The position numbers and the translations under genes were made by a program. A model generated the notes under the pieces. It was not told where the DNA came from. It saw only the letters and a program-made list of their open reading frames with translations, and did not search any database. This document shows positions 23,984-33,726 of a DNA stretch of 64,000 bases, in pieces. How positions within the stretch are numbered: the stretch's first letter is position 1; every line of letters starts with the position of its first letter. Source of the stretch: a virus; the IMG/VR virus record IMGVR_UViG_3300029957_000006, positions 1 through 64,000 of that record; one strand, 5' to 3'.

Positions 23984-24697
23984 TTAGTTTCCAAACTCTT
24001 TTTGCAAGCTATCAAAATGTGCATCTCGTGCTTCTTTGGTTGGATAATTGCCAATAGCATCACGATCTTCTTGTTCTTTTTGATCCTTCTTTTGCGCTTC
24101 AACATTTTCAATATTGGACTCAACCCACCCCTTATGCTTTTTAGTTACACTCACACCTACACTAAATCCAATCAATCCAATGATAAAGATAATCACAGCA
24201 AACCCAATCAATCGTTTAGTAAGCTGTCCATTCAAATTAGTTCGCTCTGTTGTTGTCAAGTACTGAGCATCTAACTCATTGATATCCTTAACTGGTGAGT
24301 TGATGATACCATAGATGGTTCCTCCAAACAAGATCAAGATAAGACTAATCAGTAATGATGCAGTATTAATACTGACTAGTAAATTGATTGTAGGTTCAGT
24401 AAAAAAGATATTGATCGCTGATATTGTGATCCAACCATTGTGGCAATCCAACAAAAAATAACCACTGATTAATGCTGAGAGGATAAATCCCATATTAAGC
24501 CTACCATTAAAGGCTAAAAGGCTAAACAATAATATAACTGGGGATGCAATTGATGATGTGATGAGACCGACCACCAATCCAACCAACAAACCAGTTGTTT
24601 GCATATTGGAGATAGTGTTAAAATCCCATTGGGCAACACTAAAACTACTACCATCACTGTTTCTCCCTTTGAGTATGCTTCTTGGTGTAATATTCAT
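23984..24697 (-). CDS. Multi-pass membrane protein
   Basis: Several hydrophobic segments; promoter at 24721. Confidence 0.7.
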   Translation of the reverse strand: MNITPRSILKGRNSDGSSFSVAQWDFNTISNMQTTGLLVGLVVGLITSSIASPVILLFSLLAFNGRLNMGFILSALISGYFLLDCHNGWITISAINIFFTEPTINLLVSINTASLLISLILILFGGTIYGIINSPVKDINELDAQYLTTTERTNLNGQLTKRLIGFAVIIFIIGLIGFSVGVSVTKKHKGWVESNIENVEAQKKDQKEQEDRDAIGNYPTKEARDAHFDSLQKEFGN

Positions 24698-25127
24698 GAT
24701 TAGTGTTTTTGATTATGATCCAAAGGTAAACAAAAAAAACGAAACCACCAAATTACTGGTGGTTTTATTTTATTATTTTTTAGCACCAAAAAATTCATTG
24801 GATGCATTAATCACCCACATTGGTACATCTTCCCAATCACTATCCAATTCTTCTGCTCTTTTTCGCAAAAACTTCTCAAGTGGAGTAGCATTAACTTGTT
24901 CCACATTTAGTGTCGATAAACACTGTTCGACTACTAAATTCCATGTACCACTTGGATCAGATTCTTGCTCTGATGGATACATTTCAAGTACTTCATTGAT
25001 TTGGGCTTCAGTTGGTTTATAACCTAATTGGTTCGCAACTTGTAATACATCTTCTCTAGATATTTTTGTCATGGCTATTGGTTTTTGGTATGATGTAAAG
25101 GTAGATATTATAATTGATAAATGCAAA

Positions 25128-25658
25128 TTATAGATCAATTATTTTCCAGTATTTTTTATTGCGTTTTAAGGTAAATTTAGCAGGGGATTCATCCCAATCC
25201 AAAAATTTTTGGATTCCTTTTTTCACATCACCTTCACTAAATTCAAGATTAATTTTAACCTTGTCATACATTTCTCCACTTACAACGTCAGCTTTTGCAT
25301 ATTCACTCACCAATTGAGCATATACTTCCTCAGATCGATCACCATCAATATCAAAACTTGATTGACATTTAGGGCAAGTGCAATGCTTACCAAGAGCATC
25401 TGTGTGAGTATTTAATTTGGTTGAGATAAAATCAAACCCACAATTAAGGCAAACTACTTCAGCTCCATCAAATTCAGGATCATAAGGACACTCAGTATCA
25501 TCTTCAATTGAGGTAATATTTTCACCAACTTCTCGGTTATCTAAGCTTGCTTGTAATTTTGGATATGTAGCTTCGATGATTTGATCTTCTGTTGCCTCAC
25601 TATCAATGATGATTCTCACCATTAAAGATACTTCAACAAGTTTTGCAATTTTTGTCAT
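25128..25658 (-). CDS. Zn-ribbon-containing hypothetical protein
   Basis: CxxC...CxCxxC motifs. Confidence 0.6.
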   Translation of the reverse strand: MTKIAKLVEVSLMVRIIIDSEATEDQIIEATYPKLQASLDNREVGENITSIEDDTECPYDPEFDGAEVVCLNCGFDFISTKLNTHTDALGKHCTCPKCQSSFDIDGDRSEEVYAQLVSEYAKADVVSGEMYDKVKINLEFSEGDVKKGIQKFLDWDESPAKFTLKRNKKYWKIIDL

Positions 25659-26173
25659 GGCTGTTTGGTTTTATGTAACTGATTAGGTTACTGGTTAAGG
25701 CAAAGGTAGAAAAAAAAAGTCGATCTACCAAATTATAGACCGACTTTTTTAAAATTATTTTTTTTACTTTTTGATCTTCACAATCCATTCAACTGACATC
25801 TCACCAAAGTTGACCAATTTAGTATCAACATTGTGGAGACACAACAGTTTTTTGTATGCGTCAAGATACTTTGGTTTCAAATCACTTACACCCCAACCAG
25901 TAGTACTGACGTTTGCTTTGTGATGACTACGGTTTGTTGTAAATACAACAACACTCTTATCACCATTCTTAGTTGCAGTCTTGATAACGGCTAGCATTTT
26001 ATCCAGTTCTTTATTGCCACTGGATTTTACAGAAGTAGTCTTTGCTACTGCCTTTTTGGTAGCCACTTTTTTAGAATTTGCTTTTTTAATCGTTTTTGCC
26101 ATTTTAGTTTTTATTAATGAATATCTATTGCCTAACAAAGGTAAGGAAAAAATACCATACATCCAAATTTATC

Positions 26174-26761
26174 TTATTTTTTCTTAAGTATCATTTTTAA
26201 CTTGTTCTTCACCAGTGTAATGGTTGATCGAATTTCACGATAATCTTCATCTGTGAGCGTGTTTTTATCAGTAAGCATATCTTTTATCAATCTAGCATTT
26301 AAGTTCACGTAAACGTTCTTTAAATCGTTTAGGGCTAATGCTGTTATCTGAGCATTGGTTGGTTTACCACCTTGCTTCTGAATATCTTTTTGAATTAAAG
26401 CTTTTCCATATCTTCTTGGTAAAACTTTTTCTTTTTTTGTTGTCTTATTAATTTGAACTTCTTCAATGATTACTGGAATATCATCTAGAACTTTAATCGT
26501 TTTACCAATGGATTGTGCTAGATTGGTATACTTGTTTATAAGATCGGTTTTAGTTAATATTACCTTATCAAATAAAGTTCTCATTAGTGATTTTGTATTA
26601 TCACTTAGTTTATTTTCCTTTGCTAGAGTTCTTAAGACATTGAAAGATAGGTTTATCTCTTCTTTGAAGATGGTAGATAAATCTTCATCTTTCTCAATAA
26701 CACCTAAAGTAATAAGTTCATCATACTCTAGTTCTTTCAATTTTTTTACTTCTGTCGCCAT
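26174..26761 (-). CDS. Hypothetical protein
   Basis: Start moved to ATG 26761 after TAGATTTG box (26774-26767). Confidence 0.7.
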   Translation of the reverse strand: MATEVKKLKELEYDELITLGVIEKDEDLSTIFKEEINLSFNVLRTLAKENKLSDNTKSLMRTLFDKVILTKTDLINKYTNLAQSIGKTIKVLDDIPVIIEEVQINKTTKKEKVLPRRYGKALIQKDIQKQGGKPTNAQITALALNDLKNVYVNLNARLIKDMLTDKNTLTDEDYREIRSTITLVKNKLKMILKKK

Positions 26762-26853
26762 ATTTACAAATCTACGAAAATGTTTCAATAACACCAAGTG
26801 ATTTTTATCTTAATATATTTGGTTAAGTCAAAATGATTCATTACCTTTACTTC

Positions 26854-26930
26854 AATAATCAAACCTGTGGTCTAACCAACTACATTGAAGCCATGCGACC
26901 CAACCACTGTTAAAGTGTTGGGCTTTCGTT
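26854..26930 (+). ncRNA. Candidate small RNA
   Basis: Promoter TTTG 26818/TACCTTTA 26842-26849, no ORF longer than 6 codons, ends in CCCAAC..GTTGGG hairpin + T-rich tail. Confidence 0.4.
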
Positions 26931-27040
26931 ATTATTTTCATCTCAAAAAAAGATGTTAATAACTTTTGAATAAAATATCGGAAAAAATTTGGAAAATAAA
27001 ATTTTTTTATTTATCTTCCCAGATTTTTGCATAAATGGAA

Positions 27041-27062
27041 ATCCCCAACACTAGTCGGGGAT
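27041..27062. terminator. Hairpin ATCCCC/GGGGAT
   Basis: Downstream of stop of 27070..27417. Confidence 0.5.
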
Positions 27063-27069
27063 TTGGGAG

Positions 27070-27417
27070 TTATTGTTTTTTAACGTTTAGATAAGCTGCT
27101 GGGTTATTCAATACCTTGATAACAGCTGCTAGCTCCTTGTCATCGAACATATAGGTGCCACCTTCATCGTTGGTGTCCTTACGAACTTTTTTGCTAAACA
27201 AAGACCTATCAGTAGCGTCTTTTGGATTTCCCAACCCAGCAGCTGCCATAACCTGGCTTTGTTTCAACATTGTATCTTGAAGTTTCGTCTGAACTTCAGA
27301 ATACTCTTTGTCATAATCTCTCTCATTTCTCTGTGCAGATGGCTCTTTTGGGGCCTTTTCTTGTATTGGGATCGAAAGTGATTCACGTAGTTTCTTTTTG
27401 ATGTCGTTCTTGTTCAT
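27070..27417 (-). CDS. Hypothetical protein, preceded by ATATTTAT motif
   Basis: 115-aa ORF. Confidence 0.75.
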   Translation of the reverse strand: MNKNDIKKKLRESLSIPIQEKAPKEPSAQRNERDYDKEYSEVQTKLQDTMLKQSQVMAAAGLGNPKDATDRSLFSKKVRKDTNDEGGTYMFDDKELAAVIKVLNNPAAYLNVKKQ

Positions 27418-27468
27418 AACCTATTGGTTTCCTAATAAATATCCTAAAAAAGCCAAAAATCAGCTTTT

Positions 27469-27488
27469 ATGTACACAAATGTGTACAT
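27469..27488. repeat. ATGTACAC-AAAT-GTGTACAT palindrome
   Basis: Identical to 12536-12555; intergenic. Confidence 0.9.
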
Positions 27489-27502
27489 GAATCACTTGTT
27501 GT

Positions 27503-27838
27503 TCAGATACCTCTTTCATAATATGCTTCTTCCTCACTAATAAAAGTATTTACTTCAACTGGAGATAGCCGTATTGCTCTCCCTGTTTCTATAAATATTT
27601 TTGTTTGTATATCTACAATTCTATTGTTTAATTCAATTTCTTTTTGTTCAGCCCATTCAACATAGATACGTTCTATTTCTGACTTATCTAATTCAAATAT
27701 TGATTCTAGTGATGATAATACATCAAGTGATCTAACTTCACATTTTTGAATGCGATCAAACAAGAAATATGAAACGTATGTTGAAAGAGTTATACGATAG
27801 TTTTTATCTAAGTATTTAACTACAATGTCTTTCATCAC
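27503..27838 (-). CDS. Paralog family protein (V..YL.KNY)
   Basis: Similar N-terminus to 27835, 35081, 44375. Confidence 0.7.
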   Translation of the reverse strand: MMKDIVVKYLDKNYRITLSTYVSYFLFDRIQKCEVRSLDVLSSLESIFELDKSEIERIYVEWAEQKEIELNNRIVDIQTKIFIETGRAIRLSPVEVNTFISEEEAYYERGI

Positions 27839-28050
27839 TTAACATAATAATCATTAAACTGCTTATCAATCCACTCATTATAAATTGATAGAGTATCCTC
27901 TTCTGTAATATTGAAGATGAGTTGTAGACTAGCAAATAGTGTTTTAATACCAACTGGTTCTCTATTAAAACGATCAATTAACGTATATGAAACAGTTGAA
28001 AGAGGGACATAATAATTTTTATCCAAATATCTTATAACTATTGTTTTCAT
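27835..28050 (-). CDS. Paralog family protein (V..YL.KNY)
   Basis: MKTIVIRYLDKNY vs MKDIVVKYLDKNY. Confidence 0.7.
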   Translation of the reverse strand: MKTIVIRYLDKNYYVPLSTVSYTLIDRFNREPVGIKTLFASLQLIFNITEEDTLSIYNEWIDKQFNDYYVK

Positions 28051-28189
28051 TTGAACAATAGGATTTAAAACGCATTGAATATCTTCAATGACATAAAAAT
28101 TAAAAGTCCTAGAACAATAAACTTAAGCCATCTCCAGTTTTTTGTAATAAGATAAATCATATAAAGTTTTAAGTCACCTCTATTCATAA

Positions 28190-29098
28190 TTAAGAATTTC
28201 TAATATTAGAATGGAGAAGTCTTTTTTTCAATTTCAATAAATTCTTCTCTCTTATTTGACGAATCATTTCACGTGTTACGCCAATTTCATCACCTAGGTC
28301 TTTTAATGATCTTGGAATATTGCCATCCAATCCATACAAAGCAATCATGATGTATTTATCTCTTGGTTTAAGAGCATCTAACATCTTGGCCACTTCAGAT
28401 TTAATACTAGATTCCATCACACCATGATCAGTAGCTTTAAATGTTGTATCATCTGAAAGTGTATCACCTAAACAAGTGCTATTGCCATTATCATTGCTGA
28501 TTTCTCGATCCAATGAGTCAACACTATATCCATTCAACACATCCAAGAATTCAAATTCATCACTTAATTTTTTATATGGTGATTCATCAGATGCTAATCC
28601 AAGCTCTTCTCCATACACATCAATGATTTCTTGAATATCAACATTACGACCTAGCTTTTGTTCTAGTTCATTGATCTTTTTATCAAGCTTGTTTAAGCTG
28701 TTAATTTTATTGGATGGAAGACGGACCAAACGGCCATTTTTAGCCAAGTATTCTAAAATGATCTTTCTTATCCACCATACAGCATAAGAAATGAATTTAT
28801 ATCCAGTAGCTGGATCAAATCGTTTAGAGGCAATGATTAAGCCAATGTTACCTTCATTTACTAAGTCTTCCAATGGATTTAATGAAGTAGCATATTGTTT
28901 AGCTACTGATACAACAAAGCGTAGATTTCTTTGGACCAATTCATCCATCGCTTTTTTATCACCACGACTAGCTTTTTCTGCACAAATCATTTCTTCTTTT
29001 GGAGTAAAAATCGCAATCTCTGAAATATCCTTAAGATATTGATTGAAGGAAACCGTCTCTCTATTCGTAACTCTGTTGGTGATGACTAACTGCTTCAT
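28190..29098 (-). CDS. rpoD: RNA polymerase sigma-70 factor, Bacteroidota RpoD/SigA-like
   Basis: MKQL.IT..VTNRE N-terminus, NLRFVVSVAKQY, DLVNEGNIGL, KFISYAVWWIR, region 4 HTH (VTREMIRQI). Confidence 0.92.
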   Translation of the reverse strand: MKQLVITNRVTNRETVSFNQYLKDISEIAIFTPKEEMICAEKASRGDKKAMDELVQRNLRFVVSVAKQYATSLNPLEDLVNEGNIGLIIASKRFDPATGYKFISYAVWWIRKIILEYLAKNGRLVRLPSNKINSLNKLDKKINELEQKLGRNVDIQEIIDVYGEELGLASDESPYKKLSDEFEFLDVLNGYSVDSLDREISNDNGNSTCLGDTLSDDTTFKATDHGVMESSIKSEVAKMLDALKPRDKYIMIALYGLDGNIPRSLKDLGDEIGVTREMIRQIREKNLLKLKKRLLHSNIRNS

Positions 29099-29409
29099 AA
29101 ATTGGTATTAGGTGGGTATTATTGAAAGGGGTGTCTGCGAAGATACTACTTAATTGTTATTGATGCAAGTAAAATTTTAGGTATATAATGGTATATCTTT
29201 TGATACCTTAACTGCTTCATCTAATTTTAATGTTGTTCCACAATGAAGATATAAAATTACACCTTGAAATACAGAAGCATCTTTTCTTTCAACACGATAA
29301 ACCATTTTAGTCATGTGTTGTTTAAAAGAACCAGTAAATTCTGATAATGCTTTTTCTGATAATTTTACATGATCACCTTCTTCTATTTTTTCTAACATTA
29401 GTTGTTGGG

Positions 29410-29850
29410 TTATATGTTTCCTTCTAATTCTCGTTTAAGGTCCTTATCCTTTAACGAAGTCCGTTTATCGTATAGGTTTTTGCCTCTAGCAAGACCAATT
29501 TCCAGTTTAATAAAACCAGTGGGAGATAAGATAATCTCTAAAGGTACAATAGTCAAGCCCTTTTGTGACATTTTTTCCTCTAATTTAATTATTTCTTTTT
29601 TCTTAAGAAGAAGCTTTCTATCTCTAGTCGGCACATGATTGTTGTGTGTTCCACCTTCTTTATGCTCAGTAACATGCATTCCCTTAATGAATATTTCACC
29701 ATCTGTAATAAAACAATAAGCTTCAGATATTGAAACCTTGCTATCTTTTATAGATTTAACTTCTGATCCTTGTAATTTAATTCCAGCAATATATCTCTCT
29801 AGAATTGAGTATTCAAAAGTCGCTTTTTTATTCTTAACTAATGATTTCAT
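29410..29850 (-). CDS. smpB: SsrA-binding protein
   Basis: NKKA.FEY.ILE..AGI.L.GSEVKS, R.RKLLL.KKEI, GK.LYDKR. Confidence 0.95.
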   Translation of the reverse strand: MKSLVKNKKATFEYSILERYIAGIKLQGSEVKSIKDSKVSISEAYCFITDGEIFIKGMHVTEHKEGGTHNNHVPTRDRKLLLKKKEIIKLEEKMSQKGLTIVPLEIILSPTGFIKLEIGLARGKNLYDKRTSLKDKDLKRELEGNI

Positions 29851-30388
29851 TATTTTTTATTTTTAACCCTAAAGCTTCTAATCCCTTATCATGACAATCT
29901 TTAACTTTTTTCATTCCATATTTAGTAGCAATAGATTCAAGTGCTTTTGCATGATAAGCTTCTTCTGGTTCAATTATTTTAAATAATTCTTTTAAATCTT
30001 CTGGTGTATTTTGGTCCTTAATGATTACTCTCATACGTTTGAGAGAAAGTCCTTCAGCATAAGCTCCAATTGCTGCTGCTGTTTGCATATCACATACACA
30101 AGGAAGAGTGTTTCTCCAATATCTTCCATTGTTAGAAGATTTTTCATATAATGTAATATTACGCTTTTTTAGTATTTCGTCAACTAAGATAGCGTGATGT
30201 CTTTCTTGTTCTGCAATCAACATGAAAATCTTATAACTTTCTTTATCATTATAACAATAATCAATTCCAAAAGATGTAAATCTAAATTCAGCATCTTTTT
30301 CATTATTATATAATGCTACAAGCCAATGCTCTAATTTTTCTTTATCATTAAGACATTTTGTCCACCATGATTCAGTTATTTTTTTCAT
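29834..30388 (-). CDS. Ferritin-like (diiron) domain protein
   Basis: E..A...EQE.HH...AEG...EE..H four-helix ligands. Confidence 0.7.
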   Translation of the reverse strand: MKKITESWWTKCLNDKEKLEHWLVALYNNEKDAEFRFTSFGIDYCYNDKESYKIFMLIAEQERHHAILVDEILKKRNITLYEKSSNNGRYWRNTLPCVCDMQTAAAIGAYAEGLSLKRMRVIIKDQNTPEDLKELFKIIEPEEAYHAKALESIATKYGMKKVKDCHDKGLEALGLKIKNNEIIS

Positions 30389-30390
30389 TT

Positions 30391-30804
30391 TTAGCGATGT
30401 TTAAATATGAAATCACAATCCTCACACATAAATGGGCTATCTCCATAATCAACCAAAACAATTTTACCATCTAGTTTACCAAAATTTTGAATCTTGTTAT
30501 CTAGTGGTAATGCTTTAAATTCATTTGCAAATGCTTCTTTGTTATACTCCTCAATACTTAATGATTCAGCCCTCTTCATAATTATTACCACACTAAGTGG
30601 TAATCTAAATAACACAGGACATAATTTATCTTTTTGATGGGAATGCTTATACCAATAAACTTCATCGATGTTACTAAGAATTCCCCTAAGAAAAGACTTC
30701 CAACGATAACCAGAATTTGAATGCCAGAATCTAGCTATTTTAATAGCGTATGGACCAATAAGAATAACGCTTCGACATGTTCCCTTCTTGATTTGTAATC
30801 CCAT
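30391..30804 (-). CDS. Protein kinase-like fold protein
   Basis: G..R.V...AIKIA, N..E, D.K..NFG.....VLVDYG. Confidence 0.6.
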   Translation of the reverse strand: MGLQIKKGTCRSVILIGPYAIKIARFWHSNSGYRWKSFLRGILSNIDEVYWYKHSHQKDKLCPVLFRLPLSVVIIMKRAESLSIEEYNKEAFANEFKALPLDNKIQNFGKLDGKIVLVDYGDSPFMCEDCDFIFKHR

Positions 30805-30807
30805 TAT

Positions 30808-31419
30808 TTATGATGTATACCAATCCCACATGATAGCCTTATCTAATGCTTTTACTTGCTTGGTTAATACATCCAAGCTATCAATTAAATCTGTTCCATT
30901 GTTGAAAATGATATAATCAGATGCAGCTATTTTTTTGTCTTCTGGCCATTGATTACGAAGCTTGCCTTCAACATCTTCTAGTGTTGAATTATCACGAGTC
31001 ATAGCCCTTTTAATTCTGGTATCTGTGTCAGCTGTAACTGTTATGATAATATCAAAACCATCATTAGCTCCAGTTTCAAATAAGATTGCTGATTCAAGAA
31101 TTACATATCGTTTATGTTTATTCTCAATACAGAATTCTTCAAAACGTGCTTTGATGTAAGGTGTTATTACTTTATTGATTCGAATAAGCTTATCCTTATC
31201 GTTGAATATGATCTTTCTCATTTCAGCTCTATCAAGCTTTCCATCAACAAAGATATTTTCATGAATGATTTCTTGAATGGCTTTTTGAATTTCTGGATCA
31301 CTCTCAGATTCTCTAGCACAAAGATCACTGTTAAATACAGGAACACCTAATTCCTTGAATAATTTAGAAACGGTGGTTTTACCAACCCCAATACCGCCTG
31401 TGAGACCAACTCTAATCAT
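30808..31419 (-). CDS. coaE: Dephospho-CoA kinase
   Basis: VGLTGGIGVGKTTV, ESAILFE, R..R...RD. Confidence 0.92.
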   Translation of the reverse strand: MIRVGLTGGIGVGKTTVSKLFKELGVPVFNSDLCARESESDPEIQKAIQEIIHENIFVDGKLDRAEMRKIIFNDKDKLIRINKVITPYIKARFEEFCIENKHKRYVILESAILFETGANDGFDIIITVTADTDTRIKRAMTRDNSTLEDVEGKLRNQWPEDKKIAASDYIIFNNGTDLIDSLDVLTKQVKALDKAIMWDWYTS

Positions 31420-31471
31420 TTTAGTTTTTATTTAACGTACAAAGGTAAGAAGAATAATCTAAATAAACAAA

Positions 31472-32191
31472 CTATTTTGCAACTCTTAGGACATTATTTT
31501 CAATGACCAAATACTCCCCACTGGTTCCAAGACAATCAATTAAAATTAAATTAGGGAATTCTTCATTCAAATCTAATCTTTTTACTGTTGTATGTCCAAC
31601 AACACATGTGATTCCATCAACCATATCTTTCAATAATGATACTGGTCTAACCCAAATAGGTCCTTGTGTTACATCATTACCTGTTTGACTTAAATTATTA
31701 CCCATTCTAAATTTAAACACATTTGGAGTGTATTTAAATAGGTCATTAATACCTTGAACTAATACTTCGTTTATCATAGGATTAGAATTACCTATGAATT
31801 TTTCAGCCCATGTCTTTGTTAATCCAGCATGACTAAAGAAAAACTTATCATGTAAATAGCACATTTGAACCAAGTCTTCTTTGATTACCAAATCAATCAA
31901 TTCTCCAATATCATGTGCATATCCAGCACTATATCCGCTATATGTTTCACCAATATTACGAATGTAATGAAAATCATGGTTGCCAAATAATAAAATAACC
32001 TTATTTGGATTAGCTTTTTTATATGCTAAAATATCTTTAAAATTTTCAATCTGACGATTAGGACTATGACCTTGATCATGGGTATCAAAATAATCACCAA
32101 TGAAGATTACCTTATCGGCATCATCTTCTTTAGCAGTTATTTCTTTCCATTTATTTCTTCCGTGGGTATCTCCAAGAGCAATTATTTTCAT
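31472..32191 (-). CDS. Calcineurin-like metallophosphoesterase
   Basis: GDTHG, GDYFD, GNHD, SHAG, GHT. Confidence 0.9.
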   Translation of the reverse strand: MKIIALGDTHGRNKWKEITAKEDDADKVIFIGDYFDTHDQGHSPNRQIENFKDILAYKKANPNKVILLFGNHDFHYIRNIGETYSGYSAGYAHDIGELIDLVIKEDLVQMCYLHDKFFFSHAGLTKTWAEKFIGNSNPMINEVLVQGINDLFKYTPNVFKFRMGNNLSQTGNDVTQGPIWVRPVSLLKDMVDGITCVVGHTTVKRLDLNEEFPNLILIDCLGTSGEYLVIENNVLRVAK

Positions 32192-32775
32192 TTTTGTTTA
32201 TGTTTTAAAATAGCAACAGATAATTTCTTATATTCCATACATTTAGGAATGAACCTACTTATTTTTTTCATAAATAATTCACAATCTTTTCTGTTAACTA
32301 ATCGTATTGATTTTCTAGATACTCTAAAAATTATTGAGAATTTCTTTTTGAAATAGTTAATGATAAGTTTTCGTTCATTATCCGTAAAACTATCTACAGA
32401 TAATGAAATATGACAATTATTTCCATTATAATATACACTACCATCATCTAAATACCAAAGACAAATTCCTTTATTTGTTAATTTATTTAATATTTCTGTG
32501 GTAACAATTTTATTCGGTTTATAAAATTTATCATATATTCTTTTTCGTTTACTTAATGGAATTTTAACAACTATTGTTAAATTTGTATAATATTTTTTAG
32601 TTCTAATGTCATATCTTTTTCTATTATACTCTCCATATGGATATCCCAATATATTTGCTTTCCACTTGGCATATTCTTTATTTTTTTGAGAAAAAGAAAA
32701 CACATAATCTCCTTTTTCATTCTTAAAAATCCAAGAATCACCTAATAATGTTCCATATATAAGTGAATCTTTCAT
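32188..32775 (-). CDS. Free-standing LAGLIDADG homing endonuclease
   Basis: IYGTLLGDS and LWYLDDGS helices. Confidence 0.85.
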   Translation of the reverse strand: MKDSLIYGTLLGDSWIFKNEKGDYVFSFSQKNKEYAKWKANILGYPYGEYNRKRYDIRTKKYYTNLTIVVKIPLSKRKRIYDKFYKPNKIVTTEILNKLTNKGICLWYLDDGSVYYNGNNCHISLSVDSFTDNERKLIINYFKKKFSIIFRVSRKSIRLVNRKDCELFMKKISRFIPKCMEYKKLSVAILKHKQK

Positions 32776-33446
32776 AGAACTACTTCTATTATGATTGGTT
32801 TATTTTGCATTACATAATTATGATTCAATACACTAGCATTTACAAATGTACCTCCATCTGGAAAATCAACACGTCCATAACCTTCATGTATATGTCCACA
32901 TACATGAAGTTTTAAATTAACCAACTCACTTATCTTTTCCAATAAATAAGGACAACCAGTTATATCACCTTGCATAGTCATATCCAAATATCCCTTAACT
33001 GGTCCGTGTGTGATCAATATATTTGTATCCAAAGGAATGAGGTCCCAATGTTTACAAATCGCAGGGCCTACACGATTAAATGCCCAATTATAAAACCAAG
33101 GTTGAACTGGACTTCCCCATATCTTTATTCCATCAATCTCACATCCTGTATCATTAAGATAAATGATATTTGGATATTTAGCTAATAGTGTTTTAATATC
33201 TTCTGGTTTAGCTTGTTCAAAATAAAAATCATGATTACCAGCTATGAGTATTTTATTCTTAAATGGCAAATCATTATACCATCGTAAAAAAGCGACTACT
33301 TCATCAATATATCCACGACCAGTCATATCACCAGAATGGATGATAGTCTCAATACTTCCATCAGTATTTTCCAAATACTTATTTGGTATTTTATTGTGTT
33401 GATTGTGTGTATCACTAATGCAAATTACTTTCATAATCTTAATCAA
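32772..33446 (-). CDS. Metallophosphoesterase (MPPED-like)
   Basis: ISDTH, HSGD, AGNHD, ITHGP, GHIHEGYG. Confidence 0.9.
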   Translation of the reverse strand: MIKIMKVICISDTHNQHNKIPNKYLENTDGSIETIIHSGDMTGRGYIDEVVAFLRWYNDLPFKNKILIAGNHDFYFEQAKPEDIKTLLAKYPNIIYLNDTGCEIDGIKIWGSPVQPWFYNWAFNRVGPAICKHWDLIPLDTNILITHGPVKGYLDMTMQGDITGCPYLLEKISELVNLKLHVCGHIHEGYGRVDFPDGGTFVNASVLNHNYVMQNKPIIIEVVL

Positions 33447-33726
33447 TCATTGTTGTATAATTATCCCACGCTTGTTGTGGTGTCATTTTTTTATCATAAT
33501 AAACTTCTTTCCAGAACTCTATCATCCATTTACTATTTAGTGGATACTGATGTGGTGAGAATTTAAAAGCAATCATTTTTAATTCATCCATCCAATTATT
33601 AAATAGATTGAACTTTAATACCACACCTAGTGTTGGTAGTGGAAAGAAATATAGCCATTTGTTTTTTCTATCCCATAAAAATCCAATCCAAATGTCATAC
33701 CAAGCAAATAAAAATTCCAGTTTCAT

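Larger units (their letters stand above)
1692..26161 (-). other. Early-gene region of ~55 small hypothetical minus-strand ORFs (as in ORF track, plus unlisted 50-60 aa ORFs at 1527-1685, ~9814-9987, ~10030-10203, ~13345-13499, ~13503-13667)
   Basis: Co-oriented, tightly packed ORFs, most preceded by a promoter copy; no recognisable domains except those listed separately. Confidence 0.8.
206..26170 (-). promoter_or_regulatory. Array of ~33 Bacteroidota-type sigma promoters (TTTGG(T/A)G-N-TAnnTTTG), roughly one per gene
   Basis: -7 boxes read caaagata/caaaggta/caaatata/caaatgta/taaaggta on + strand at ~206, 617, 928, 1997, 2411, 2986, 3841, 4450, 4951, 5298, 6469, 7031, 7408, 7722, 7970, 9186, 9327, 9776, 10235, 10650, 11476, 18542, 19176, 19942, 21654, 22203, 23198, 23715, 24721, 25096, 25701, 26136; most have ccaaa about 20 nt further right. 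Confidence 0.9.

Noticed and set aside
206-26170. CRISPR-like or attC-like repeat array
   Set aside because: Repeats are degenerate, spaced by whole genes, and match the Bacteroidota -33/-7 promoter; no cas or integrase gene in the window.
6447-26797. Long N-termini given in the ORF track (6545, 9216, 25138, 26162, 26797; also 966, 42670, 43960)
   Set aside because: They run through promoter elements; downstream ATGs (6446, 9156, 25072, 26102, 26761, 1002, 42643, 43918) fit better.
1588-28184. 14-nt match AAGTCACCTCTATT at ~1588 and ~28171
   Set aside because: Short, both copies inside small ORFs, no shared context; probably chance.
26798-29409. tmRNA near smpB
   Set aside because: No GGGG 5' end with T-loop/CCA 3' end and no intergenic gap of suitable size.
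32188-32775. LAGLIDADG as an intein or intron within a phosphoesterase
   Set aside because: Both neighbours have complete motif sets and the nuclease has its own start and stop with 4-nt overlaps; free-standing.
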